Assembly (NCBI GenBank): GCA_949358305.1
Contig: OX442314.1
Coordinates: 13,578,001-13,642,000 of the forward strand
Origin: Strigamia acuminata
Lineage: Eukaryota
DNA: 64,000 nt
Reading direction: 5' to 3'
Shown here: one piece after another, positions 1 through 13,400 of the stretch
How positions within the stretch are numbered: position 1 is the first letter of the stretch
Layout: every line of letters starts with the position of its first letter
Notes under the pieces: model-generated
Seen by the model: only the letters and a program-made list of their open reading frames with translations
Databases searched by the model: none
What the model was told of the DNA's origin: nothing
Program-made: the position numbers and the translations under genes

Positions 1-3000
1 GTCTATTGCAAAGGACGATGAGAATGATTGAAGTTTTAATGAATTCTTGCACTTCTCGTTAAATACAATGATTATCCGGTGAGATAATAGTCCGAGATAG
101 ACGACGACCCCATCACGAAATGATGATTCCGCGAATCGCCACGTGATGATAGGTATACACATAAATTTGAATAACAAATTGATGAAGACGTCATCGAAAA
201 ATACACGAGCGATCATTCGACATATCTCGAACTTGTGAAGGGTCAGTGTCGTGATATTTTGTCTTTTTATCCAGCGGAAAACAAAAGAACAATAGACACC
301 ATCGGCCCAACACCCTCTAAGCAACCCCTAGGAAGAGGGATGAATGTCCCCGTCTGTCTCCATTTACGGAGGCGGAGTCGATGGACAATCGTGACACGCG
401 GTTGACTCTCGCTCTAAGTGTCAATTTGGTTCGGTTTGTATGTTACGGATATGCAATTTTCGATTTTCGTTTCGAGCTGTAATTGGTAAAGGGATATTCA
501 CCTTGTTGTTTACTAGACAAAAAATTATCACAGCCGCGGGTGATGACAGTGAAGGTCCGTTTTATTCAGTGTGATAATGAGTTTTTAGGATTTTTTTGTT
601 TTTAATATTTTTTTATTTGCTGTGTTTAGTATCAGCCAATGAGCTGCTGTTGTGGTCATTGACTCGGTCAGAGTTCTTTTGGTTTAATCATTGATTACAG
701 ATGGTTCAGACACACCCATTTATCGAAAGCGAGACAAAATATGACTTGAGCTAATAAAGTTTTACTTTTGTAAACAAAATTCAGCGCTGTAAAAAATTAT
801 ATGTGTAAAAAACTGATAAGGTCTGTGAAGAGTCTCAGTTGGTTGAAAAACATGGACTTTAAGAAAATAATTTTTTTAAGTGCGGTGAAATTTGAAATTG
901 TTTATTTTTTTTGATGAAATTTTTTAAATTAATTTTTTTTGTTGTTGCTATTATTGAAAGTGTTTTACATCGTCATAGGCGCTTACTATTGGTGCAAATG
1001 CGAGGCAACCCCTGAAATGGTTGGTCGAAGCTTCACCGCATAGCATCGAATCAAATTTTCGAGGAAAATAATGTTGCGAGGAAACCGGTTAAACATCATT
1101 TGACGGGGAAAAAACACCCACTAGTATTACATATTTAAGGAAAAATTGAATATAATAAATCAGTATTATTTTATGTTTAATGAGAGTGACAAAGTAGTCA
1201 CGCCCTGGAATAAATCTACCAAATATAGACTAAGCGCCACCCACATACCTGATTCATTACAGTACCATCAACTTTTACAGCACTAAATCATATTTTTCCA
1301 TTAATACATACCAGAATAAATATTTTTAAGCCTCTAACACAATTGGTTTTTCGATAGTTTTCCATATTTTTCACAGAAGTCACATTGAAAAAAAAAAATT
1401 TTATTTATTAAATGTGCAAATCTTTCCTTGAAAAATATTTTTTTCCCCCTTTGATGCATAAAATTACGCTCTACTCAATGAGGCACTTTTTCCGTGACTT
1501 GCATTTGCCCTTGAGGAACCAACTAATTTTTTCTAGTTCAGCCGAAAAAAAATTAAAGGGAAAAAATTTAAAATTGGAATAACTAAAAAAAAAAAAAAAT
1601 CAATGAATCAAAAATCACGTGACATTAATTTTTGATTTTTTTTGTACCGTGTGAAAAGTGCCATCACGTGAGCTGAAACGCTGAAGGACGTGTCCGTCTA
1701 CCTTTATTATCAATTTAAAAATTTTTTTTTATCAATTCAATCTCGATTGGAAGAGCCAAAGAGTAGTAGATCTGGTACAAAGAGTATTTGTATTCGTCAC
1801 GTAGTTTCAACCAAGTTCCAAAAGCAGTGGGTTTAATAATTTCACCTGTTGCTGCAACGATGAAGGGTGAGTTCACTCAAACCTGTCGCATCTAAAAAGG
1901 CGATTACGAGACTGGATTTGAGGGTGTGGCTTCTCACTCAGCTGTATCCATCTTAGTGAGTGAGTAAGGGGAAGGATGATGATGGCATTCCCGGCCTTGG
2001 ACGCCGCCCAGGTGGAACGATTGCCCCACTTTTTCTCGCGTTGATAAGAAAATATTCCCTCATCACGTCCCCTGCGTCCCTTAATTATCACCACACACGT
2101 AAAAAAATTAATTAACGGGTGGTCTGCAGATTAATTTTCCCCCCTTCTTTTTACAAGTTGCCATTAATTTGCGGCTGATTTTTTTTTTTTTATATATTTT
2201 TTTTTTTATTAATAAATAAAAAAAATTTTAATTTTAAAGAAAAAAATGGGGTTTGTTTGGGCTGAATGCTGAAAATTTTCCAGAAAATTTTTTTGGGATT
2301 TTTTTGAAATTTATTTGTTGAGTTACGAGGTCAACGCTCTCTTGCTCTTCCTTCCAGTCCTAGTGGGCTTTGTTGAGGTTTCAGTTCCACATAACCTACA
2401 TTAGCGAGAGCGTGACGGCTCCCTTCCCATACACGCCGCCCACTGCAAATACACGCGCAAGACACGAGGACAAGAATATTAGAAAATATTCGTATCTCGA
2501 TCGATGGAAGGAGCTGGAGAAAGTTATTAATGAATTATTAAAGGTGGATTTATCATATTTAGATAAATTAACACTAAAAAATTCAGAAATATAAAGAAAT
2601 GACTTTGAGATAAGATAATCTCATTTATTATCTTCATAAAATTTCAATTACAAAATTTCAAACATTTATTTCGATTTTAAACGTTAGAGTTTGATTTGTG
2701 AAGAAAGATGAGACGGGAATAATCAGCCAAAAGAAATCATCCTTGAAAAATTGAGATAATTTTTTTTTTTATTTTTTTTTTTTTTTTTTTTAATTAGAAA
2801 TTTTTATATAAAAATTCTTGTATATAAAAAAAAAAATGTCACGAATGAAAATGAAAATATTTGCGGTATGAGATTCGATTTGATGATGTGCCATTTACTT
2901 AACGAAAGCGAAATTCGATTTGAAAAGGGAGTTTTGTCTTGACTTGTCCATTTGCGTTCCCTCCATATTCATTATACATTTTTTATGATTGATGAATTCC

Positions 3001-6000
3001 TTCTGACAGGTCATCCGTCCTATAAATTATTTCTTCTTGGTGAATCTTGACAGAAAACCTCCTCCTTCTCCTCCTGATTGAGCATGTGCTTTCATCCCAT
3101 CAATTTTAGCATACCATTCATCAAAAATAGACACGTTAACTCTTTATTTTCGGTGGCCACTTAACTGAAATATAAATAAAATCACACTCAACAACCCAGC
3201 TGCATTCCATCTTGCATCTGATAAGTTGCGATGAGCACGCTTCTGACTACAGCAAGATACAATCAATGCAGTCGATCTCGAATTATTCCAAGAGAAAGAA
3301 AGGGACTTTCATAATGAATGACTGACAGCCCTTGCTTCCTCATAAACAAAAAGAAGGAACGATGTACCGAAGTTGCAATATAAATGCCAGATTTTAGTTA
3401 AATCACAAATTTTCAATTTAATCACATCTGAATTTAATTTTCGATGTAATTACTATCGTCTCGATAATCAACAGTTGTATTTGTTATGGATATTTGATAT
3501 TTTATACAGTCTGTTATTGAAAAAATAAAAAAAATCATAAAAAACTGGGGAATTTCAACTAAGAAGAGCTTTAAAATGTTAATGTTTGATTCATGCTTTG
3601 TAAATATCAAAGTTCAAAAATGTAGTTGTAAACTAATCTATGCATAAAGGTGTTTTGAATTGTACCTATGAAATGAATTCTCAAATTATATTGGCCGTAT
3701 TTCAATCGAACTGTTGTTGAATGTATACGAACAAGCAGCCATCACAAATTTCTTATCTCAAATTCTACTCAACTTCCTCTAGGTATTGGATTTCTAAATC
3801 GAGATGTGGATATCACCTCGGATATATTTAAACATTAGATAGCTTTGTATGAAGCAACGAGAATATTTGTTTTTCATTTTATTTAAATACTGGCCTTGAA
3901 GTTGTCTGTAATTATTTAATAACTACATCAATAAATGTAATTTTATCCATTAAACCTTTTTTCCTCTTGTTTTAATCTCAATTTGAATGGGAGATTGATT
4001 TTCAGTTGAAGGAACAATGTAATCATCTGCAGACAAATTATTGTACGGATAACCCAAATTACGACACGGGACAAAATGCGTCTAGGCCCACATACTATTG
4101 AAGACACAACATAGTGGAAAACACATATTGGTCTTTGAACATCGAACCCAATTTCAATGAAGTGTATTAAACGCACCAATGGGGGGAAGCCATTTCTAAT
4201 CGCATGATTAAGATAGAAAAATCAAAGTTCGTAACTATGCACTCGAGCAAACATTTCTGGTCAAATTGTAATCTTATCGGACAAAAACTTAATTTTGCTT
4301 TAATTGTATTAGTCTCTTCGTCCATGTCCAACACAATACCTTTGAACTTTGAAGACGATAAAACGATGGCCCGTTAATTCTGATTACACATGTCTATCGG
4401 AGAATAAACAAATGCGATTGGAAATTATCCTTGAAAATTTAAATATTGGCATGAAAATTAGCAGAAAAAAAGAAAAAATGAGGTCAAAATCGGAGAGAAA
4501 TAAGGCAGAATGTGAAATAGAAGAGAACCTTGCAAGTCAAAGACCTTTTGCAAATTGTTGGTTCTCGCCAATGACCAACTTTTTGGATGTTGAGAAATCA
4601 GAGACAAGAGGCCAGCCAACTTCCTTCTCCCCTCCGTTTCTCGAAATAAGAATAAGAATAAGAATAGAGGAATAAAAAGGCAATCAGCCTTGAAGTCCCG
4701 TATTCAAATTCAAAACTGTGCTACATCCATGGCTCATTGGGATAAAAGCAGGCGTGACGTTTTATTTCTTTTAATTTCATTCTTTGAATATCATGAACAT
4801 TCATTTCCTTCCCCTTTTGTCATTCGATGGTCTCGTCGTCTCTTGAGGACAAATCCATTCACTTGCATATTCATCCTCATCCTTAATGACAGCCCATTAA
4901 ATGTTGCAATAAAAACAAAATTTGTTGATACAAAAAAGTAACTCATTTATTTTATCTCGTTGTCTGTGTGATTAAACATGATTCATGTCTGTTTGGCCAC
5001 TTACAAATCAAGAGCTACTAAATAACATATTTTTTGACAATTGCAAAAAATAAATACGAAAATATAACTTTTTGCGTGATTCTACTTTTTAACAAGTTTG
5101 TACTCCCCTTTAACATGTCCCAACCACTAAAATGAACCGGTCTCAACTCGTATATAAAAATTTTATGTAATGACGCCATCAATTTCCGGTGGTGATTTCT
5201 TAATGTTGCGCACCATTCCATTAACTCACACAAATATTTTTACGCGAAAGCATTGCACAAGGACGCTGGACTCGAAGCCTCGGGGGGGCAAGGTGCGCAC
5301 GGGGTCACGAGGTGTCATTTTGTATACGTCACAGTAAATTAGGAAACCACTTTCACTCACTTCTGGCCGCCCCCTTTCACCTTTTAACTTCCGCCTACTT
5401 TTTCCCTCTCGTTCACGGCTGTTCAGGCGCGAGAAAATAAATGAACGGAGTTCGGAATTAATGACGCGAGCAAAAGAGCGTCTAAATTCCAAAAACACGA
5501 ATGAATGACACATTTACCACGGCGTGTCGTCAGGGGACTGCCCGACACCGTTCGCGGAGGGCAAAGCGTCTGAGGTTGTGCAAGAAAACAAACGCAATTA
5601 CGATTTTTACCTATTGCCAGGATGTGGTAAACAAGTTTTTCTTTTTTCAATTTTTTTTTTGTTTAAATATCTACTTGATTGATCAAAAACTCTAAAATTA
5701 GAAATTTGAAAACGGGAAAAAAAATTTGTTGTTGATGACGGAATCAAGTGACCATGACTAAGAAATTTCCTCCTGTCAGCTCTGAAATGTGATGGCGAAA
5801 CAAACCCCAAGGCTTCGGAGTAGGGTGGGGATTTACCTGGAAAGAAAGGGGGGCAACGACTGACATAAAAATCCCGGAAGGCATACACCAGGCACGGTTT
5901 TGCAGAGAAAACACAGGAAGACTCGTCGCTAATGATATTGTGAGGTAATGCAGCGAAGATCCTGTCCAGGTACAGAAGTATGCGTGCCCAGAGACCCCTG

Positions 6001-7307
6001 GGGGCTCCAGGTCCCATCTGGACGTTGGAGGAGGGGTAAAAAATGTGTGTAGGACGACTCATTCTCTTCCTGTATCAGGTATCTGAACAGGTGAGCAATG
6101 CAGGACAAGTACAATTGAATGGGAGAAGATGTGCAGCAGCAAAGTGTATTCCTTTCCGGATGCAGATTGTACTTCATCAACCATAATTTAAGTTATTATA
6201 GAGGCAAATTAAAAAAATATATAGGCAGTGGGCCAGGTGCTGAGCCTAGTCGTCTTCCTTAGAAAAAATACACCTGCTATGTACCCCTTTTTAATGGGCT
6301 TGAGAAGAAATTAAAGGCGAAAAAAAAGAGTTCTGGGATCAGGAAATGTAAAATTGTTGGGCACAATAGTCGGAGGAAAAAAATTGACATATCCTTGTGG
6401 TATAAATTGTTGTTGGTAGATTTGATATTTTTATTTTTTATTTTTTTTGTTTGTTATTTCTTTTGGAATAAAATGGCTTAGTAACCTGGAAGGTAGTGAA
6501 AGGAAAAGAGTAATTGTTATGTTGCGTTTGCATTGCAAATTAAATTTAATATTGGTTGGAAAAGATATAATTTTTTTCCCAACTCATTATATTTGATGTT
6601 ACGAAACACGCAGAAGAAATAGATATATAAAACAAAGGAACAAAAAGTGATGGGGAAAAGGAAACAAAAAATTAACATTCACATTCGTTTTCCATTAACA
6701 ATATAATGAATAGAAAAACAAATTTTCTGATCATTAAGCGCTATGTCCCTGACATTGCATGAATAGGATTTGATAAAAATTTCCTCATTAATTCGAAAAG
6801 GAAAAGAATATAAAAAAATAAAAGAAATCCTGTTTACTTAACAATTCTGTTTCGAAAAAGGAAATTACAGTAGGTAAAAATCAATCTGTATTTTTATTCC
6901 TGAAATAAATGTATGAAATTGCATTTCTCAATGAGGAATTTGAAGCATCAGCAGGGAGTCGATGCAAACCTCCTCCGAGTCTTTGATTTTTTATTGTTTA
7001 CACGGTCACAGCAGGCACCTGTTTTGACATAGAAAATCTGAGTTGCAGGGGCCCACCCAAAATAATGGTTTTTAAGGAATTCAATTTCAAACTGGATACC
7101 ACGAATTTTATTGTTTATTATAATTTTTTTCACGTTTAAAGTGGTATAAACAATATATTTATTTAGATTTGATAGTTTATCTGGGTCAATTTCGTCTTGA
7201 ATGATGCTAAACCGACACACCTGATCTTTGTTATTTTTATTTTTATTTTTATTTTTTATTTTTATTTTGGACGCCGCCTTGTATTGTGATGGCGTTTGAA
7301 AAGAAAC

Positions 7308-7435
7308 GAACAGGTGGATCCAATCACGAGCTTAGGCTGCAATTCACGTGACTAGGAGACGCGCAAAACATATTAAAGACACGGCGTGGGAAAGCGCGCA
7401 CAGATCGGATTGCGCCAGGTGAAACAACAGGTGCG
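7308..7435. promoter_or_regulatory. Candidate Su(H) + E-box/N-box enhancer module
   Basis: CAGGTG at 7311, 7416 and 7428; CACGAG at 7325; CACGTG at 7345; high-affinity Su(H)/CSL site CGTGGGAA at 7385, all within 130 bp. Motif evidence only. Confidence 0.4.
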
Positions 7436-10400
7436 CATCGACTGGAATCTTTCTCTTCTTTCTGTGTGCGTGCTTACTTGTAGATAAGCATCGTTTCTGC
7501 TAAGGGTAAACAGCTCATCTTCATTACGATGCAAATACCGTGTTTAATTAGCATTAGAAAAGGGGGAGTGGAAATAAATTTAATTACAATCGTGTCTCAT
7601 CAACCTGTTTTGAAAAAGAAATTTAAATTTAAATTTTAAAGCTTGGAGATGAGTTTTCATTATTCCGAGAAGAAAATGAGGGAAGAGAATAAATGAATAA
7701 TTAACAAAATAATAATATTAAAAAAAAAAAAAGAACGAGGAAAAGGAAAAAATGGTTTTTTTTCCTTGATCTATTGAACTAATGGAATTGAAATGACACG
7801 ATGAAGGTAAAAATGAAGGATTCATTAATAGATAAATATGTCAAGAATTTCGCATCTGCTATTAACTTGTTTTTATTTCCATTTGCAACAGATTTTATTT
7901 AATTTATTCAATGGAGCGTCTAGTACAATTTTCTTGTGTAATTACACATGAAAAAAATCGCCTTGTTGCTGTGTCATTTCAAAGCTCTGATGGCCGGTTT
8001 TAGCCATTTCTCAAAACCGTGTCCTTAATTAAAATGAAGGTCTTCTTTTTAATCATGCTCAAAAGTAAAATCTTGCTGCTTTAAAATTGAAATTAGTGAG
8101 AAGGAAAGGAAAAAAGAGTAAACCGCATTTCAATTAGAGTCATAAATTGGTGTGACATGTGGTGAAAACAAACAAGAATCAGAAACAAAGTGCATAGTTG
8201 ATCGTGAGAATTAATTGATTCTAATATTTCATTTTGAAAAATTAGATTCCATTCTCCATCCGACACACAAACGTAAAAAACAAGATTTTTCTTCTTTCTT
8301 TTTTTTTTTTTTGGAATCTAGGAAGAGCAAAATAATAAAATGCGACTTGGACTCGTTTAGTTTTCATTGCAGGAAGAACCCATGTCATTAAGTTCAGTGG
8401 TCTCTTCCTGAGAGGAATACTATCGACCTTATTAAGTTGAAATGAGGCTTGTTTTTTTTTTCTCTCTTGACATGACTGCAATGAATGTGAGGATGATATA
8501 TCATGAAGATCATCGCACAAAGAAACAATCAAGACAGTAATGAAAAATTTAATAAATAAATAAAATAACAAGATTTAAAAATTGAATATTCAACTCATTG
8601 ATATTCAATCACCGAACTATACAAAACGTGGAGAAATATTCAAACAGCAAGGAGAACAACCGTTTGTCAATTCATCGTCTCAAATTACTTTTTTTCCTTA
8701 TGGTACCATTTGTCCCTAGAGTAGAAGACAAACCAGTCCTCCTTGGACTTAAACCAACATCAACCTTCAATAATAATTCAAATAAAAACACGTGATTACT
8801 TTTTTCCTTCTAATTCCACTCGTCCAATTGAAGATTTCAATTCCAAATTACACCTGGCTCCATCTCGAGTTAATCACACTAAATCACAAATTACATAATC
8901 ATTTTCCCCTTCGTATTTTCCACGGACCACTGAGTTTTCTCCCACCATTACAATTTCAAACACAAAACTCCTATCCATTAGAATCCTTAATGTTGGTTGG
9001 CTTCTACACTTATTACCTTTTTTTTTACTCTATCATGTGATCATGGGATTTATAATTCGCAGTTCTTCCTTCCTGCAGGACATTTGGCTACTGAGCAAAA
9101 GCTTTTTTCACACAGCATCTTGTGCTATCAGCCTAGAATAATTTTAGTTGGTTTTAAGCTTAGGTAAGAGTAAGATAAAAATAAGGAAAAATAATTTGAT
9201 ATATTCGTCAAAGCGTAATACTAGATGGGGGTAGTTGTGATTAGATTTCTGTGGTATGACATTTCGGAATCGGGCGTCGACTGGGACATTTTAGATGTAG
9301 TCAAGAGATAGAGATGCTAATGCGGTCATTTATAGTCGACGCATGCGTACACGTTCAGGCAACGGGAGGAGCTGTCGTCGTAAATTTAAGGGAAAACAGT
9401 GCCCTCTGGTGCATGATGCACAATTGGCTTGTTCGACTCCAGACGGCGCCTGTGTGTCTCCATGGAAACCAGAAGCTGCGATTTCCAAATTGCATTTTTT
9501 TTTTTTTTTTTTTGGCAATATAATTCTTTTGAGTTTATACAGAACCTGAAATGTTTGTCCTCCATCCGAGGGCCGTTAAAGAAAATATAGTCGATGAAGC
9601 CAATTGGACTATTTGCAGGGCGTGGTCTTTTCATTTGGAGAATGTCAAGGCCTGTTGGTCACTCGCACGCAAACGTTGTAGGGGAAAAAAAATTGCAGCA
9701 TGAATTAAAGAAGCAAATCATTTTAATGTTGTTATTAAGAATTAAGAATGATAATTTTGGTTTTTAACTATCTGAAATTGTACATGGGAAAAGTTTGGTT
9801 GCGAGTAATAAAAAAGATCGAAATGATGAGTTTAAATTTGAACATAAATATTCATTGGTATTTTAAGTTTCTACGATGGGAGAAATTTTAATTTTTTTTA
9901 TTTTTTTAAGATTTGAGTTTTAAATTGGAGAGTGCAATGTCTGGTGAAATTAAACGTTTTCAAAGGAAAATTTAAAAATATATATATAAATAATCATTTT
10001 AAATGAACGTTAGGCGAAATCCAATCCACATTGCTCATGTATACATGCACACATTGGATTCTGGACCGTGGATAATAAACAAATGGTGTTCCAGCTAAAG
10101 TGTCACGTATAAATATGAAACCAAAAAGTTCAATCAATCCTGAATGAATTGCATGAAAAAAAAATGAAATAACGCGAAACAAATTACAGTTTTTAATTAT
10201 CCAAATATGTAATTTTAAAGTTTGCTACTTGTTTCGTAATTACTACTTTACCATGTCACTTTTACAGGGCTGTAACGCCATATTTATGCCAAATCTAGCC
10301 AAGCGTAGTGTTAGCAACATGATGTTCAAACAGGCGTGTATTTGCCTATGGTAAAATAAAATCGCCATCAGCTAGAGGCATAGGCGAGGTTCAATTTATC

Positions 10401-13400
10401 TTACATCCGGTTTTTTTAAAATAATGATGAAATAATAACATAGTTAAAAGGCCAGACCGCCTTGTAGATACACGAACACCCTCATCTTTAATGCGTTAAA
10501 AAAAGACAATCCCATTATAGTGCACAAAAAGCAAATACAAAACAAAAAATTGCAAAATAAAAAGCTATAAACGACACACCCACGCGAATTGTGTGAATGG
10601 TCTGTTGAATTATGTATCTTCATATTTTCCCTGATGTGTTTGTAATATTCCAAAGGCCACGCAGTGAGATACCGGCAGTTTGAATGGACCCCCCGCCGCA
10701 ACGTAACCGCCTTTCAATACTAACCGAATGTAAGAAACTAAAGAGAAAAATTGAATGTGATTATATCCAATGCAGAACTGGGAGATGCGATCAACTCGTA
10801 TGTAAACCTCGCTTGGAAATGACGGTTTCACTTGTTTACACGGGAATTTGAAAAGAAGATTGCAGCGCCCACAGTGGGGAGAGATGCGAAGGCCAATTGA
10901 AAGTAGGACTTGAGGTCAGTGACATTTCTGGGCGCTGCGTTGCGGGGGAGGATGGAAATTTGCACATATCTTGAAGATGGTGGAGGGGGATATGTAGGGT
11001 TCGAAGAAAAGGATTCATTACCTTTCAAATTACCGTGACCTGCATGAGAATGAAGTGAAAAGACTATCATAAAGTATAATCAGAGATGAATTGTTTTCGT
11101 TTCATTTCATTGTATGTAATATTTTTTGATGTTGTTTTGACGTGGTTTATTATTAAATTATGAATTCAAAATTTCATAATAGATTTTTTTTTTTTTTTTC
11201 ATGAATTGAATGACATAATCAATTTGTGGACTTCAAACTGAGTTTCGAAGTAAATGCCTCAAGTAAGGGCGTGAAGGGGCATTACTTTGGTTAAAAGTCA
11301 ATGACAGAAAATTAAAAAATTTAATGGAAAAAAAATAGGAAATAATTTATGTAAAATGCTCAAACTAAATTCCGAGAAATTCCATGCGAAAACAAACAAG
11401 TAAATAGAAAAACTCCTTAAAAAAATGTACTTTGTTTTCATTGTATTTTTTTTTCGCTGCACGAAACAGCTGCAGCAAATAAAAACATTAACTTTGACCC
11501 ATTACATGCAGAAGAAAAAGAACAGCCACCATTGAAATCCTTTTTTGCTTGTCGCCCGAGTGTGTAGACACTGCACAGACTTGAACTAGACTTGCCATTG
11601 TGGCCACAAGAGGTAGCCATGAGCATGTTTAATGAGAATTCCTTCGTTTAAAGGGCCCTGGACTAGACGTGTAAAAAACAGCTAGACGCAAGACAACTTT
11701 CTTTGGACAACACTTGACGGGACACTCTTCAGCCTTCCTTTCTAAACTACACATGGCAACCAAACAGGCCTTGCTTTACATGTTTAACCCTTTTTTTATG
11801 AAGATTAAATACATCCATGCTCCCCGTACTCTTTGGCCGTTAAAGGGTTAACAACCAAAGTGCTTTCTGTTGCGTTTGGGGGGTAGAAATACAGGGCCTC
11901 TTGTGTGTCCCTTTAAAGTTGAGGAGGGTGAAAGGAGAAGGGGTTTCGGCGAAAATGTGCGCGAGGGGAAGAGCCACCTGACACAAACATGCACTTACAC
12001 TTGAAAGAGGTGAGAATATGGGGGAGAGAAAGGATCTTTGGCAGTTCATTGGAGCATGATTTAACCTCAGCAGATGGAAAACTCGAGTAAAAGGACGGAT
12101 GTAGGTGCACGTTGCCACGTTTCAAAGCGCGTATGTAGGTAAAAGAAGCAGAAGACTTATCTTACGTGTGATTGTTTGAGGTGGAATGAAAGGGTGGGGG
12201 ACTTTCATCAAGCATGCTTCGTTTACGATTCGTCCTCACCCCCATTCCCTCATTCTCCAGCGCACAATCCCGTTTTATGGTTTCCCCTTCGCCCCACACA
12301 CATACATAATACTGTAAAGGGGTTAATAACCCCAAATTCCGTTCCACAAGGACCCACTCTTTTCAGAATCGAGCAGCAAACAATCCCGCCCCTGTAGTCG
12401 CCCGAAAGGATTTCGAACACGTTTCCTCGTTTATGGAAAATTAAAAAAATGATATTTTTTGTTATCCTTGAATTAAAAAAAATGAAATTTGTAATTTAAA
12501 TGGAAAATTCGTGTTGCAAAAACAACTTTTTCATAAAAAAAAAATTAATCATTTTTTTTTTATTTGAAAGCTTCAACGACGGGCTTGATGTTGACGCTTA
12601 ACCCTTTGCTTCGCATTTTACATTACACACACACACTTGAAGTCAATTAAATGTGTGGGCGGTTGGCACGTGCTTTTAATACGAAAACAAGTGCGCTTAT
12701 TAATGGCTGCTGACCAACAACACCTGTCTACAACATCAACAACTTATAGTTTCTAACATGATTGAAAAAAAGGTCGTATCGGTCCAGGTGTCTGCACAAG
12801 AGTAATAAACTTTACCAAAAGAGTTTTAGGCATGGCCTATAACAACAAACACACAATAAGAGTTTACGCAATGTAAAATGTCCAGTCAGCGAGTGAGATG
12901 TACACAGGGCGACCGTTTCGATTCAACAGACGGCTTTTTTTGGAGCGGGTGGAACGAGACAACACTCGAAGTCGTAAATCGCAAAGTTTTTTTTTCTTAA
13001 AAAATAAAACTTAGAGAAGGGAAAATAAGAGAGAAGAGAGATAGGGAGAAGGATGAGCTATCTTGCAGATTGTAGGTCAGATAAAAGAGGTTCAAACACT
13101 CCAATTACATACTTCTCACTCACCTACACTTTACAGAGCCCCCTGTACAATTATATTGCTATACGTGGTTTTAATGCTAAACATGTTTAATACTTCTTTC
13201 TCTCCTCCCCTTCTCTTATATCACTCGAAAAATATCCTTTTTGCTTCTCTTAGGTGGTCATAACACGCCAAAATAAAATAAAAATCAAGGTTAGCAATTT
13301 TTGCTTGACTTTATGTGCATTTATGACAGTGAATTGTTCAATAATAATTAGCGATTGGTTTCGAAAACAAACTTTTCTTTCCTGTAACTCGAGGGGCTAA

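Noticed and set aside
5607..6180. Overlapping minus-strand ORFs of 151 and 83 aa
   Set aside because: No recognisable domain, the longer one runs into A/T-tract sequence, and I found no consistent splice partners.
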